NCBI GenBank assembly: GCA_963812605.1
Contig: CAWEWF010000003.1
Span: 32,001-96,000 of the forward strand
DNA from: an uncultured Verrucomicrobiae bacterium
Lineage (GTDB): Bacteria > Verrucomicrobiota > Verrucomicrobiia > Palsa-1439
Reading direction: 5' to 3'
DNA length: 64,000 nt
In this document: positions 9,291 to 19,089 of the stretch, in pieces
Position numbering within the stretch: the first letter of the stretch is position 1
Layout: every line of letters begins with the position of its first letter
The notes under the pieces: generated by a model
What the model saw: only the letters and a program-made list of their open reading frames with translations
Database searches by the model: none
Told to the model about the DNA's origin: nothing
Made by a program: the position numbers and the translations under genes

Positions 9291-9380
9291 CACAGGCAGG
9301 GACGCCTGTGCCAACAAGGCTTTTTGATGCTGGGGATGCTTGCCCAAAAACTGCGGCGCGGTGGGCCACCGCGCCCTACC
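9291..9380. repeat. REP-like palindromes
   Basis: CACAGGCAGGGACGCCTGTGCCA (9291-9313) and GGCGCGGTGGGCCACCGCGCCCTACC (GTAG family, 9355-9380). Confidence 0.7.
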
Positions 9381-9810
9381 ATTGCGTGCGAACTTCGTTG
9401 CCTTCGTCGATGTCGAGGAGGTCGAAGAAGGTTTGGATGTCGTCGCGGTTGGCGACGCCGAATTCTTTTTTGCGTTCCGCGAGACGCTGGCTGGCATCGT
9501 CGCGCCAGCCGCGTTTGCTGAGGAAACCGTTCCACACTTCGATTTCTTCGGGTGACGGTTTGCGGCCATTGGTGAAACACCATTCGAGGACGTCGACATC
9601 CTCGCCGCCCAGCTTGACGCGGGCAACGACATCTTCGTATTTCACGCCCAGAAAGGCGCAGCAGCGACCGTCGAATCCGCCGCCGAGCGCTTTATGGTAA
9701 TCCGCGGGCAGTTTGCCCTGCGCGTGGAGGCGGATTTTGTCGAGCATGCGGCCAACGTACACAATGTCGCCAAGTTTTTCGTGTGGACTGCGAAGACCGG
9801 AAATTTTCAT
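9376..9810 (-). CDS. DUF5069-like protein
   Basis: LRSPHEKLG..YVGRMLDKIR, FDGRCCAFLGV, TFFDLLDIDE; promoter TTGCGC-N17-TACAAT 6 nt upstream supports ATG 9810. Confidence 0.8.
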   Translation of the reverse strand: MKISGLRSPHEKLGDIVYVGRMLDKIRLHAQGKLPADYHKALGGGFDGRCCAFLGVKYEDVVARVKLGGEDVDVLEWCFTNGRKPSPEEIEVWNGFLSKRGWRDDASQRLAERKKEFGVANRDDIQTFFDLLDIDEGNEVRTQW

Positions 9811-9942
9811 GAGGCGATTGTAGCGCGTAGTAGGGTGCGGCGCAATGGGGAGAAAGAGCGACGAGCTTTTTAATTGAAGGGATACGCTCCGTCGCGTCCG
9901 TCTGGTCAATGCGGCCACGACGGAGCGTGGCCCTCCGAGAAA

Positions 9943-10662
9943 TCAGAATTTGAAATTCCAAGCGTCGGTGGCGTATTTCTCCCGCACGAGTTTCTCCACG
10001 CGTTTCTCGGGAATCTCCTTTAGCGCTTCGCCGGCATTCCAGGCGCGCTTCATCGCGTCTTTAATGTCCTCTGCCGGCAAATTCAGGTTTGTGAGGAAGT
10101 CTTTGTGCGCACGGCGACGGCGGTACTGTGGTTGTTGGGAAGGCATTTGCAACACCTGTTCCATGAGCGCGAGATCGAGGTTGAGCAGGAAGGAGCCGTG
10201 GAAGAGGAGGAAATGCCGTTTGCGGCGTTGCGAATTGCCGGAGAATTTCAGTCCTTGCAGCGTCAGGTCGGTGTGGCCCTGGATGAGGACTTTGCCACCG
10301 AGCAGCAGGTTCAGCGCGTTACGGTTTCGGTTCATGACGAACGCGTTGGCTTCGGCGATGTTCGCGAGGGGCAAGTCGCCGCGAATTTTGAGGAGAAGCG
10401 CGTAATTCAGGCACCCCGGCCCTTGCAACACCGTCCCGCCGCCGCTGCACCGGCGCAGCACCGGGACCTCCAGCTTTTTGCAGGAATCCAGGTTCACTTC
10501 TGTGCGGGTTCTGTTAGAATATCCGAGGACGACGAAGTGTTGGCGCGGCTGCCAGAAGCGGAGGATTTCGTCGCCCGACCCTTCTTCGCACGAATCGAGG
10601 AGCGCCTCGTCGCCCGCGAGATTCTCTTGCGGAGTGTGCAGGGTTCGGTCTAAGTATTTCAT
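9943..10662 (-). CDS. lplA: Lipoate-protein ligase A family protein
   Basis: ENLAGDEALL, RRCSGGGTV, KFSGNSQ, HGSFLL; divergent from PDH operon. Confidence 0.88.
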   Translation of the reverse strand: MKYLDRTLHTPQENLAGDEALLDSCEEGSGDEILRFWQPRQHFVVLGYSNRTRTEVNLDSCKKLEVPVLRRCSGGGTVLQGPGCLNYALLLKIRGDLPLANIAEANAFVMNRNRNALNLLLGGKVLIQGHTDLTLQGLKFSGNSQRRKRHFLLFHGSFLLNLDLALMEQVLQMPSQQPQYRRRRAHKDFLTNLNLPAEDIKDAMKRAWNAGEALKEIPEKRVEKLVREKYATDAWNFKF

Positions 10663-10718
10663 GGCACTTGGATTTGGTCGGAAAAAGGCTATTATCCAAT
10701 TAATGGCCCGGTAACATT

Positions 10719-13454
10719 GTGAAAGCAGACGCGAAAGAACAACAACAAAGTGCGCCGTCCACGGGGCGGCTGGAGCCGTCCGTCGTTTCCGCCCCGAACA
10801 AGAACGGCGGCGAAGATCAGCGGTCGCTGGATTCACTCGAATTCATCCTGGAATACGTGCTGAAGAACCAGGGGACCGAGCATGCCTCGCTGGTGTTGAG
10901 CAAGCTCTTGAAGCGTTTGCGGGAAGCGGGAATCAAGCTGCCGTCGGGCATCAGCACGCCGTATGTGAACACGATTCCCGCCGAGGACGAGCCGGAATAC
11001 CCCGGTAACCGTGAACTTGAACGTCGTATCAAGAGCCTCACGCGGTGGAATGCGATGGCGATGGTGGTCAATGCCAACCGCGAGCACGCCGGTCTTGGCG
11101 GTCACATCTCCACGTACGCTTCTTGTGCCACGTTATACGAAGTCGGTTTCAACCATTTCTTCCACGGTGGCGAGGGCAACGGGCCCGGGGACTTGGTTTA
11201 TTTTCAGGGTCACGCTTCGCCGGGGAACTACGCACGGGCTTTCCTCGAGCGGCGGCTGGATGAGCATCACTTGCAGCATTTTCGCCAGGAACTCGCCGAG
11301 GGCGGCGGGTTGTCGTCCTATCCGCATCCGTATTTGATGCCGGACTTCTGGCAGTTCCCAACGGTATCGATGGGACTCGGCCCGATCATGTCGATTTACC
11401 AGGCCCGTTTCAATCGGTACCTGCGGGCCCGCGGTTTTGTCTCGGGCGAAGAGCCGAAGGTCTGGTGTTTCGTGGGCGACGGCGAAAGCGATGAACCGGA
11501 GACTCTCGGGGCGCTGACGCTGGCTTCACGCGAGGGACTCGACAATTTGGTTTGGGTGGTCAATTGCAATCTCCAGCGCCTGGACGGGCCGGTGCGCGGC
11601 AACGGGAAAATTATTCAGGAACTGGAAGCGGCGTTCCGCGGCGCAGGCTGGAATGTAATCAAGGTCATCTGGGGCTCGAATTGGGACCGGTTGTTGCGCG
11701 CGGACAAGACGGGGCTGCTGGCGAAGCGCATGGAAGAAGCTGTCGATGGCGACTACCAGAAATACTCGGTCGAGCCGGGCAGTTATACGCGCAAACATTT
11801 TTTCGGCAAGTATCCCGAATTGCTCGAATTGGTGAACGGCCTTACGGATGACCAGATTCACAAGCTCGTACGCGGCGGTCATGATCCGCAGAAGGTTTAT
11901 GCCGCGTTCAAAGCTGCCGTCGAGCACAAGGACGCGCCGACCGTGATCCTCGCCAAGACCGTCAAAGGCTACGGTCTCGGCGAAGCCGGCGAGGGCCGCA
12001 ATATCAGCCATCAGCAGAAGAAGATGAACGAAAAAGAGCTGCGCGAGTTTCGCGAGCGCTTTGGCGTGCCGATCAGCGACGAGGATGTGGCGCAGACGCC
12101 GTTTTATCGTCCGCCCCCGGATAGCCCCGAGACGAAATATCTGCTGGAACGCCGCAAGGCGCTGGGCGGGTTCCTGCCGGTGCGGACTGTGCGCGCGCCG
12201 AAACTCCAGGTACCGGCGCGGAGTGAATTTGGCGAGCTGCTTAAAGGTTCGGGGCGAATGGAAGCATCGACGACGATGGGGTTTGTCCGACTGCTGAGCA
12301 TGCTGCTGCGCAATAAGCAGATTGGCAAACACATCGTGCCAATTATCCCCGACGAAGCGCGCACCTTCGGGATGGATGCCCTGTTCCGCGAGATTGGCAT
12401 CTACGCGCCGAAGGGACAGCTTTACGAGCCCGTGGACCGCGAATCGCTACTGTATTATCACGAGACAAAGGACGGACAAATTCTGGAGGAAGGCATCACC
12501 GAGGCAGGGTCGATGTCATCGTTCATTGCGGCGGGCACGGCGTACGTGAACCATGCCGTGAACATGATTCCGTTTTACATTTATTATTCGATGTTTGGCT
12601 TCCAGCGCATCGGGGACCTGATGTGGCTGGCAGGCGATATTCGGGCCAAGGGTTTCCTGCTCGGTGCAACGGCCGGCCGGACCTCGCTGAACGGCGAAGG
12701 TCTGCAACATCAAGACGGACACAGCCAGTTGATGGCCGCGACAATCCCGACGTTGATGGCCTATGATCCGGCATTCGCTTATGAGATCGCGGTAATCGTC
12801 CAGGACGGGATGCGCCGCATGTACCAGGAGGGCGAGGATGTTTTCTATTACCTTTCGCTCTACAATGAGAATTACGCGATGCCGGCGATGCCCGAAGGCG
12901 TGGAGGATGGCATTCTCAAGGGGCTTTATAAATTTCGCAAGGGCGCGGGTGGCAAGAAGCACAAGGCGCACATTTTCGGCAGCGGCACGATTATCCGCCA
13001 GGCGTTGCGCGCGCAGGAGATTCTCGCCGAACGATACGATGTTTCCGCCGATGTCTGGAGCGCGACGAGTTACAAGCTGTTGAAGACGGACGTGCAACGC
13101 GCCAGCCGTTGGAACATGCTGCACCCGACCGAGCCGCCGCGGAAATCTTATTTGGAAACGCTGTTGCAACCGGAGAAAGGCGTGTTTGTGGCCGTTTCGG
13201 ACAACGTCAAGCTCGTGCCCGACCAGATCGCGCCGTGGGTGCCAGGCGGACTGGCGACCCTCGGCACGGACGGTTTTGGACGCAGTGACACCCGCGAAAA
13301 CTTGCGCCGCTTCTTTGAGATCGACGCCGAAAGCACGGTCATCGCCACGCTCTATTCGCTGGCGAAAAAGGGCGAGATCGAGATGAAGGTGGTCGCGCAG
13401 GCGATCAAGGACCTGAAGGTCGATCCGGAAAAAGCGTACCCGTTTACGGTGTAG
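10719..13454 (+). CDS. aceE: Pyruvate dehydrogenase E1, homodimeric type
   Basis: LGGHIS, QGHASPG, GDGESDEPE, ARTFGMDALF, GEGLQHQDGH, GTDGFGRSDTR. Confidence 0.97.
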   Translation: MKADAKEQQQSAPSTGRLEPSVVSAPNKNGGEDQRSLDSLEFILEYVLKNQGTEHASLVLSKLLKRLREAGIKLPSGISTPYVNTIPAEDEPEYPGNRELERRIKSLTRWNAMAMVVNANREHAGLGGHISTYASCATLYEVGFNHFFHGGEGNGPGDLVYFQGHASPGNYARAFLERRLDEHHLQHFRQELAEGGGLSSYPHPYLMPDFWQFPTVSMGLGPIMSIYQARFNRYLRARGFVSGEEPKVWCFVGDGESDEPETLGALTLASREGLDNLVWVVNCNLQRLDGPVRGNGKIIQELEAAFRGAGWNVIKVIWGSNWDRLLRADKTGLLAKRMEEAVDGDYQKYSVEPGSYTRKHFFGKYPELLELVNGLTDDQIHKLVRGGHDPQKVYAAFKAAVEHKDAPTVILAKTVKGYGLGEAGEGRNISHQQKKMNEKELREFRERFGVPISDEDVAQTPFYRPPPDSPETKYLLERRKALGGFLPVRTVRAPKLQVPARSEFGELLKGSGRMEASTTMGFVRLLSMLLRNKQIGKHIVPIIPDEARTFGMDALFREIGIYAPKGQLYEPVDRESLLYYHETKDGQILEEGITEAGSMSSFIAAGTAYVNHAVNMIPFYIYYSMFGFQRIGDLMWLAGDIRAKGFLLGATAGRTSLNGEGLQHQDGHSQLMAATIPTLMAYDPAFAYEIAVIVQDGMRRMYQEGEDVFYYLSLYNENYAMPAMPEGVEDGILKGLYKFRKGAGGKKHKAHIFGSGTIIRQALRAQEILAERYDVSADVWSATSYKLLKTDVQRASRWNMLHPTEPPRKSYLETLLQPEKGVFVAVSDNVKLVPDQIAPWVPGGLATLGTDGFGRSDTRENLRRFFEIDAESTVIATLYSLAKKGEIEMKVVAQAIKDLKVDPEKAYPFTV

Positions 13455-13484
13455 GCGGGACGATCTCGGTAAAAGGAAACTCGA

Positions 13485-14774
13485 ATGGATATCAAATTAC
13501 CGCGTTTGGGCGAAGGGGCTGAATCGGGGACGGTCGTCAGCATCTTCGTCAAGCCGGGCGATCAGGTCAAGGAAGGCCAGACGATCCTCGAATTGGAAAA
13601 CGAAAAGGCGGTCGCGCCGATTCCGGCCAGCGCCTCCGGTCGCGTGGACAAACTCTACGTCAAGGAAGGCGACAAGATTTCAGCCGGCCAATCGATCCTG
13701 GCGTTGGCGAACGATGGCGCGGCAATTCCCGCAGCGGCGAGAGCGACGGATGCGCCGCGTGAGGGCACGCGGGCTGCAACATCCACGGCGGCTGTATCCG
13801 TTGCGCAACCGCAACGTCCGGAGGTTGCGGTCCTGGGCCAGCCAGTGGCGAGTGGGGCCGTGGCCGCGTCGCCGACCATCCGCAAACTGGCGCAGGACCT
13901 TGGTATCGATTTGACTCGCGTACGCGGGAGTGAGCGTGGGGGGCGTGTCGTCCTGGAGGACCTGCGCGCATACATTCAACAGCTTCAACGGTCCGCTCTC
14001 GAGCCGCAGACCGCGGCGGCGCCGACCGTAGCTCCGGCGAAACCGGCGGAGAAAGTTGATTTTGCGAAATGGGGTCCGGTGTCCCGCCAGCCCGTGACGT
14101 CCTTGCGCAAGATCATTGCGCAACGGATGCATGAATCGTGGGCCAGCGTTCCCCGCGTGACCCAGTTTGATGAAGCCGACATTACCGGCATCCTGGCGTT
14201 GCGGAAGAAGTACGTCGCGAAGTACGAAAAGAAGGGTGGACACCTTACGCTGACGCCGTTCCTGATGAAGGCGGTTGTCGAGGTGTTGAAGAAGTATCCA
14301 GCTTTCAACAGCAGCCTGGACGAGGCGAGCGAGGAAATCGTTTTCAAGAAGTACTATCACATCGGCATCGCGGTGGACACCGAGCAGGGGTTGCTCGTGC
14401 CGGTGATTCGCGATGTGGACAAGAAAAGCGTGCTGCAACTGTCGAAGGAACTGGCCGAAGTGGCCGAAAAAGCGCGCCAGCGCAAGGTGGCGGCGGACGA
14501 TTTGAAGGGCGGCACGTTCACCATCTCGAACCAGGGCGGCATCGGCGGCGGCTTTTTCACGCCGATCGTCAACAAACCCGAGGTAGCGATTTTAGGCGTG
14601 GGGCGCGGAGTCTTGAAGCCGGTGGTGCGTGGTGCGAAGATTGAAAAGCGCACCTTACTGCCGCTCGGGCTGTCGTACGATCATCGGGTGATTGACGGGG
14701 GGACGGCGGCACGGTTTACTGTCGAGGTGGTGCAGGCGCTGGAACAATTTAAGGAAGCCGGCGTCAAGATTTAG
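13485..14774 (+). CDS. aceF: Dihydrolipoamide acetyltransferase E2
   Basis: One lipoyl domain (ENEKA), E3-binding domain (ASPTIRKLA), catalytic SYDHRVIDG. Confidence 0.95.
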   Translation: MDIKLPRLGEGAESGTVVSIFVKPGDQVKEGQTILELENEKAVAPIPASASGRVDKLYVKEGDKISAGQSILALANDGAAIPAAARATDAPREGTRAATSTAAVSVAQPQRPEVAVLGQPVASGAVAASPTIRKLAQDLGIDLTRVRGSERGGRVVLEDLRAYIQQLQRSALEPQTAAAPTVAPAKPAEKVDFAKWGPVSRQPVTSLRKIIAQRMHESWASVPRVTQFDEADITGILALRKKYVAKYEKKGGHLTLTPFLMKAVVEVLKKYPAFNSSLDEASEEIVFKKYYHIGIAVDTEQGLLVPVIRDVDKKSVLQLSKELAEVAEKARQRKVAADDLKGGTFTISNQGGIGGGFFTPIVNKPEVAILGVGRGVLKPVVRGAKIEKRTLLPLGLSYDHRVIDGGTAARFTVEVVQALEQFKEAGVKI

Positions 14775-14798
14775 GTTGTGGTCCAATAAAGGAAAGCG

Positions 14799-16232
14799 AT
14801 GGAGTCGATCAAGACCGAAATTGTGGTATTGGGCGCGGGCCCGGGCGGTTACGCGGCCGCGTTTTATGCCGCGGACAAGGGCAAGAAGGTGCTGCTGGTC
14901 GAGATGGACAAGCGGCTCGGGGGCGTCTGCCTCAATCGCGGGTGCATCCCGTCCAAGGCGCTCCTGCACGCGGCGCAACTGATCACCGAAGCGCGCAATT
15001 CCGAGCACCGCGGCATTACGTTTGGCGCCCCGAAGATCGACCTGGGCAAACTGCGCACGTGGAAAGACTCCATCATCGAGAAACTGTCGGGCGGCATTGC
15101 CAGCCTGGCGAAGCTGCGCAACGTCGAGGTGTTGTATGGCCGCGGGTATTTTGAAGACTCGAAGACCCTGCGCGTGGAGACGTCGGAGGGCCAGAAGTTC
15201 GTCACGTACGACGCGGCCATCATCGCGGTCGGCTCGAAGTCGGCGATGCCGAAGGCGTTCGACCTTGGCAATCCGCGGATCATGACTTCGCGCGAGGCGC
15301 TGGAAGTGCCGGATGTGCCGGGAACCTTACTGATTGTGGGCGGCGGTTACATCGGGATGGAATTGGGGACGGTGTACGCGACGCTGGGCAGCAAGGTGGT
15401 CGTGGTCGAGGCGCTGGGGTCGATTTTGACCGGGGCCGACCCGGACCTGGTGCGACCTGTCCAAAAGTACGCCGAGAAGGCCTTCCAGGAAGTCCGCGTG
15501 AAGACGAAGGTGGTTTCCATGGCGACCGTGGGCAAGCAGATCAAGGTGGTCATGGAGATGAACGACAAGAAGGTCGAGGAGCTTTATGACCGCGTGCTCG
15601 TGTCGGTCGGCCGCGTGCCGAACCACGCCGACCTCGGGCTCGGAAACACGAAGATCGCGAAGGACGACCGCGGCTTCATCAAGGTCAACGAGAAGCAGCA
15701 GACGAGTGATCCCCGCATTTATGCGATTGGCGACGTGGCGGGCGGAGTGATGCTCGCCCACAAGGCCACGCGCGAGGGGAAAGTGGCGGTGGACGCGATC
15801 CTCGGGGAACACGAGACGCCAAATAAATACATCATTCCCGCTGTTGTTTTCACCGATCCCGAAATTGCGTGGTGCGGGTTGACGGAAACCGAGGCCAAGG
15901 AGAAGGGGATCCCGGTAAAGGTCGCGCGGTTTCCGTGGGCCGCTTCGGGTCGCGCGTTGACGTACGATCGCCCGGACGGACTGACGAAGTTGGTTATCGA
16001 TCCGGCGACCGAGCGCGTGCTTGGAGCCGGCATTGCCGGGCACGGCGCGGGCGAATTGATCGGCGAGATGGTGCTGGCCGTTGAAATGGGCGCGACCGCT
16101 TATGATGTGGCGTCGTCGATCCATCCGCACCCGACACTTTCGGAGACGCTTATGGAGAGTGGTGAAGTATTTTACGGGCAGGCCACGCATACGTTTACGC
16201 GCAAGACGCCCAAGCCGGGCGCTGAAGAATAG
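14799..16232 (+). CDS. lpdA: Dihydrolipoamide dehydrogenase E3
   Basis: GAGPGGY, GGVCLNRGCIPSK, HPHPTLSE. Confidence 0.97.
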   Translation: MESIKTEIVVLGAGPGGYAAAFYAADKGKKVLLVEMDKRLGGVCLNRGCIPSKALLHAAQLITEARNSEHRGITFGAPKIDLGKLRTWKDSIIEKLSGGIASLAKLRNVEVLYGRGYFEDSKTLRVETSEGQKFVTYDAAIIAVGSKSAMPKAFDLGNPRIMTSREALEVPDVPGTLLIVGGGYIGMELGTVYATLGSKVVVVEALGSILTGADPDLVRPVQKYAEKAFQEVRVKTKVVSMATVGKQIKVVMEMNDKKVEELYDRVLVSVGRVPNHADLGLGNTKIAKDDRGFIKVNEKQQTSDPRIYAIGDVAGGVMLAHKATREGKVAVDAILGEHETPNKYIIPAVVFTDPEIAWCGLTETEAKEKGIPVKVARFPWAASGRALTYDRPDGLTKLVIDPATERVLGAGIAGHGAGELIGEMVLAVEMGATAYDVASSIHPHPTLSETLMESGEVFYGQATHTFTRKTPKPGAEE

Positions 16233-16311
16233 CCCATGTTGGGACTTTGATGGGCGTCAATGGGTGCGTTCAAATCTAAGAGGGGCGTAACATAGCCGGA
16301 AGAACAGAGAA

Positions 16312-16521
16312 TCAGCGAGATTTGTACTTGCCACGATCTTCGCGGGCGACGGTAAGGCGCGACGGTGTCTCCAAGTATTTGAGACCGTGACGGCGGGCGA
16401 ACTCCTTGCCCTGCCGATTCACCTCGGCCCAAAACTTCTCGCTGCCGACACGCTTCTCTTCGGCGAGCATCGTCTGGCGAATCCGATGCAGTTCCCGGAC
16501 AGCTGCCGGCTCCTTTTCTTT
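16312..16521 (-). pseudogene. 3' part of a small gene (putative PIN-toxin partner) interrupted by the IS1595 element
   Basis: Removing the IS and one target copy rejoins ATG 18439 to give MKKEKEPAAVRELHRIRQTMLAEEK...KYKSR. Confidence 0.75.
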
Positions 16522-16570
16522 CGGAATTATCCCCTTTACATACGGTAGCGTTTTGATGTAGCTTGTTCGC

Positions 16571-17443
16571 ATGAAAACGAAAGCGAGCATCACCATTCGA
16601 GACTTTTTCCGTATGTTCCCCAATGACGAATCCTGTTTGGCGCACGTCTTTACAATGCGCTACGGGCCGGGTCACCTGTGTCCCAAATGCGAGCGCAAGG
16701 CCAACTGGTATCGCATCAAGGCCGAACGCGCCTATTCCTGCCAATGGTGCGGGCATCATATCCACCCCACGGCTGGCACGCCTTTCGAGGACACCCGCAC
16801 CCCGTTGCAGCTTTGGTTCTATGCGATTTACCTCTACACGACTTCCCGGCACGGTGTTCCCGCGAAGGAATTGGAGCGCCAGCTTGGTGTGACGTACAAA
16901 ACGGCATGGCGCATGGCGCACCATATCCGCAATCACATGGCCGATGTGGACGGCGAATTGATGCTCAGTGGCGACGTTGAGATTGATGAAACCTTGGTCG
17001 GCGGTCGGCACCCCGGCAAACGCGGACGCGGTGCAAAGGGCAAGACCATCATCTTCGGAATGCTGGAACGCGACGGCCAGATTATGACCAAGATTGTTGC
17101 CAGCGTGAAACGCCGTACCCTGCAACCGCTTATCTGCAAGAACGTGGCATCGGGTTCTCGGGTCAATACGGATGAGCTTCACACCTACAAGAGCCTTCCT
17201 GAAAAAGGCTACGACCATCAGTGCGTCGATCACGGCGCAAAAGAGTATGTACGCGGCACCGTCCATGTAAACGGCCTTGAAAACTTTTGGAAACACTTCA
17301 AGTGCGCCGTTAAGAGCACTGACATTCACGTATCCAAGAAACACATGCAGAAGTATGTGAAGGAATTCGAGCATCGGTTCAACTCCCGGAAGAATCCTTC
17401 CGCGATGTTCCCCGTTTTGGTTCCACAGTTTGCGAAGCCATAG
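16571..17443 (+). CDS. IS1595-family transposase
   Basis: Zn ribbon CPKC..CQWC, HTH (LGVTYKTAWRM), DETLVGG, TDE..Y, HVNGLENFW, EFEHRFN. Confidence 0.95.
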   Translation: MKTKASITIRDFFRMFPNDESCLAHVFTMRYGPGHLCPKCERKANWYRIKAERAYSCQWCGHHIHPTAGTPFEDTRTPLQLWFYAIYLYTTSRHGVPAKELERQLGVTYKTAWRMAHHIRNHMADVDGELMLSGDVEIDETLVGGRHPGKRGRGAKGKTIIFGMLERDGQIMTKIVASVKRRTLQPLICKNVASGSRVNTDELHTYKSLPEKGYDHQCVDHGAKEYVRGTVHVNGLENFWKHFKCAVKSTDIHVSKKHMQKYVKEFEHRFNSRKNPSAMFPVLVPQFAKP

Positions 17444-17552
17444 ACTTTACGACGCCGTGAAAATGCTTGTGACTGGCCTTTGGGTGCGTTTTCTCGCGCT
17501 CTTTGATGAAGTGCTTGAGCTTGCCTTTTTCTCTGGCTTCTTTGAGGTGCAT
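17379..17552 (-). CDS. Small basic IS passenger ORF convergent on the transposase 3' end
   Basis: 57-aa ORF MHLKEAREKGKLKHFIKERE..., immediately downstream of the larger passenger gene. Confidence 0.5.
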   Translation of the reverse strand: MHLKEAREKGKLKHFIKEREKTHPKASHKHFHGVVKSMASQTVEPKRGTSRKDSSGS

Positions 17553-17556
17553 ATAA

Positions 17557-18363
17557 TTACTCCTTGATTCTATCCGCCAAGGCTGCGAGCGCCATTGCAA
17601 CATCTTTGGCAACAAGCTCATTCACTATTGCTAATGGCAATTGGTCGCCAAACAATTCCAGTTCCTTAGAACGAAAACCCAATTCAGAAAGCTGTTCTCG
17701 CATGGATAAAATTCTTCCGACGAATCTTCGATCGAATTCACCTACTTGTTTCGTTTCGTAATCTTCCCAAATCTTCATATTCTTCATATATTCTTCCTGA
17801 GAAGTATTGCCGTAACCGAAGGTTGGTGGCCTGTTTATCTGCCATTGCTCTAGGAAGTCGAACATTTCTTTCGTGAGAATTCCGGCCCTCTTTTTTATTC
17901 CCGCTGCACTTGGATCGCGCGCGAAATCAATGTCTGATATTTTTTTCTGTAGCTGTGCATTAACAGATTGTAGGGTTTGTATCGTCGTGTCCTTTTGTTG
18001 AATCAAAGCAACGAGAGAATCGTTTTTCTGTCGCACTTTGGAATTTTGATTGGTCGCGATGTCAACTTCTTCAGACGCCACCCGTTCTGCATTCTTTGCC
18101 TCACGATAAACCCGAGCGGGAGATATAAAAAATAGTTGAACCAAAAAGACGAGCAGCGCGATGAGTAACGTCGCCAAGACTCCCATGAGAATGTCATTGC
18201 CCCATTCCCTCGCATGTGCCGCACTTGTGCGTTTGTGTATAAAAAAAAGCGACACAAGAAATATAATCACCGCATTCATCAGAAACAAGGGGGTCTGCAC
18301 CAATTCAAAATCCCAAGTGGAATTGAATGCGCGATGTGCGATATGAAGCCAATCGTGGAGCAT
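17557..18363 (-). CDS. IS passenger gene: 2-TM membrane protein with coiled coil
   Basis: AT-rich ORF within the IRs; two hydrophobic segments then heptad-like region (NSKVRQKNDSL...LQKKISD). Confidence 0.7.
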   Translation of the reverse strand: MLHDWLHIAHRAFNSTWDFELVQTPLFLMNAVIIFLVSLFFIHKRTSAAHAREWGNDILMGVLATLLIALLVFLVQLFFISPARVYREAKNAERVASEEVDIATNQNSKVRQKNDSLVALIQQKDTTIQTLQSVNAQLQKKISDIDFARDPSAAGIKKRAGILTKEMFDFLEQWQINRPPTFGYGNTSQEEYMKNMKIWEDYETKQVGEFDRRFVGRILSMREQLSELGFRSKELELFGDQLPLAIVNELVAKDVAMALAALADRIKE

Positions 18364-18435
18364 GACCACGAGATTGCCAAAAACAGGTCTAAAAAGCAAC
18401 TACGTATGCGAAGGGGATAATTCCGTTTTCTTTTT

Positions 18436-18564
18436 TCATAGTCCCATCACCTCTTTTGGGGTGTGAATCCGCATCAGCGGCCAGCCATGCAGGCGATTCA
18501 CTTCGTTAATGCGCGCCACTTTGTTCGGATTGGCCAAGTGTTTCATGTTCCAACTTACGATCAT
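18436..18564 (-). pseudogene. C-terminal remnant of a PIN-domain (VapC-like) toxin
   Basis: MIVSWNMKHLANPNKVARINEVNRLHGWPLMRIHTPKEV matches the SWNxKH...IxTPxE tail of a PIN subfamily; stop overlaps next ATG (ATGA); no N-terminal part upstream. Confidence 0.7.
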
Positions 18565-18636
18565 ACCCAGGCAATGACAAACCGCCACGGCCACCAAAAC
18601 GGCAGCGCGTTATCGTTGAGCCATCGATGAGATGTT

Positions 18637-18701
18637 GGTAGGGCGCGACCGCCGGGCGCGCCACGGTTGGGACGCGGGCCGCCCGGCGGTCGGCCCCTAC
18701 C
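18637..18701. repeat. Inverted pair of GTAG-family REP sequences (REPIN-like)
   Basis: GGTAGGGCGCGACCGCCGGGCG...CGCCCGGCGGTCGGCCCCTACC. Confidence 0.75.
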
Positions 18702-19089
18702 CACGGCGCGGAATGTGCAGTCGTCCATTTTCCCGGACAGAGTCAAGCTACACCCTCGTATATCGGCTACCGATAATTCTGCTGGACACGGTATGCTGAG
18801 ATGGGTATCCTTGGCCCAGTTCTTTGACAGGGGGAGCAGATTGCATTGTTTGTCAGGGGGATACGGGCGCAAAAACATGTCTTTTTGCGAAGCGAACCCC
18901 CCAGTTAACTGCCCGATTTGCAAGCACTTGGGCGTTCGACTCTCGAAAACCGGCCGGGGCGGTACGTGAAGGATGACGGGGGTGCTTGCGCCACTTGGAT
19001 CTCTCTACGACGCCCTGTCGGATTGGGACACCTCCGGCGTTGTTTGCCACTTGCTCAGTAGCCCGGCGCACGATAAAGTGAACCACGTT

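Larger units (their letters stand above)
16522..18425 (+). mobile_element. IS1595-family element with passenger genes (ISNha5-like ends), 1904 bp
   Basis: Terminal IRs CGGAATTATCCCCTT(TA/CG)CATACG, 21/23 match (16522-16544, 18403-18425); 8-bp direct repeat TTTTCTTT at 16514-16521 and 18426-18433. Confidence 0.95.

Noticed and set aside
16172-17374. 400-aa antisense ORF over the IS1595 transposase
   Set aside because: Shadow ORF on the opposite strand of a well-supported gene; crosses the IS boundary; no motifs
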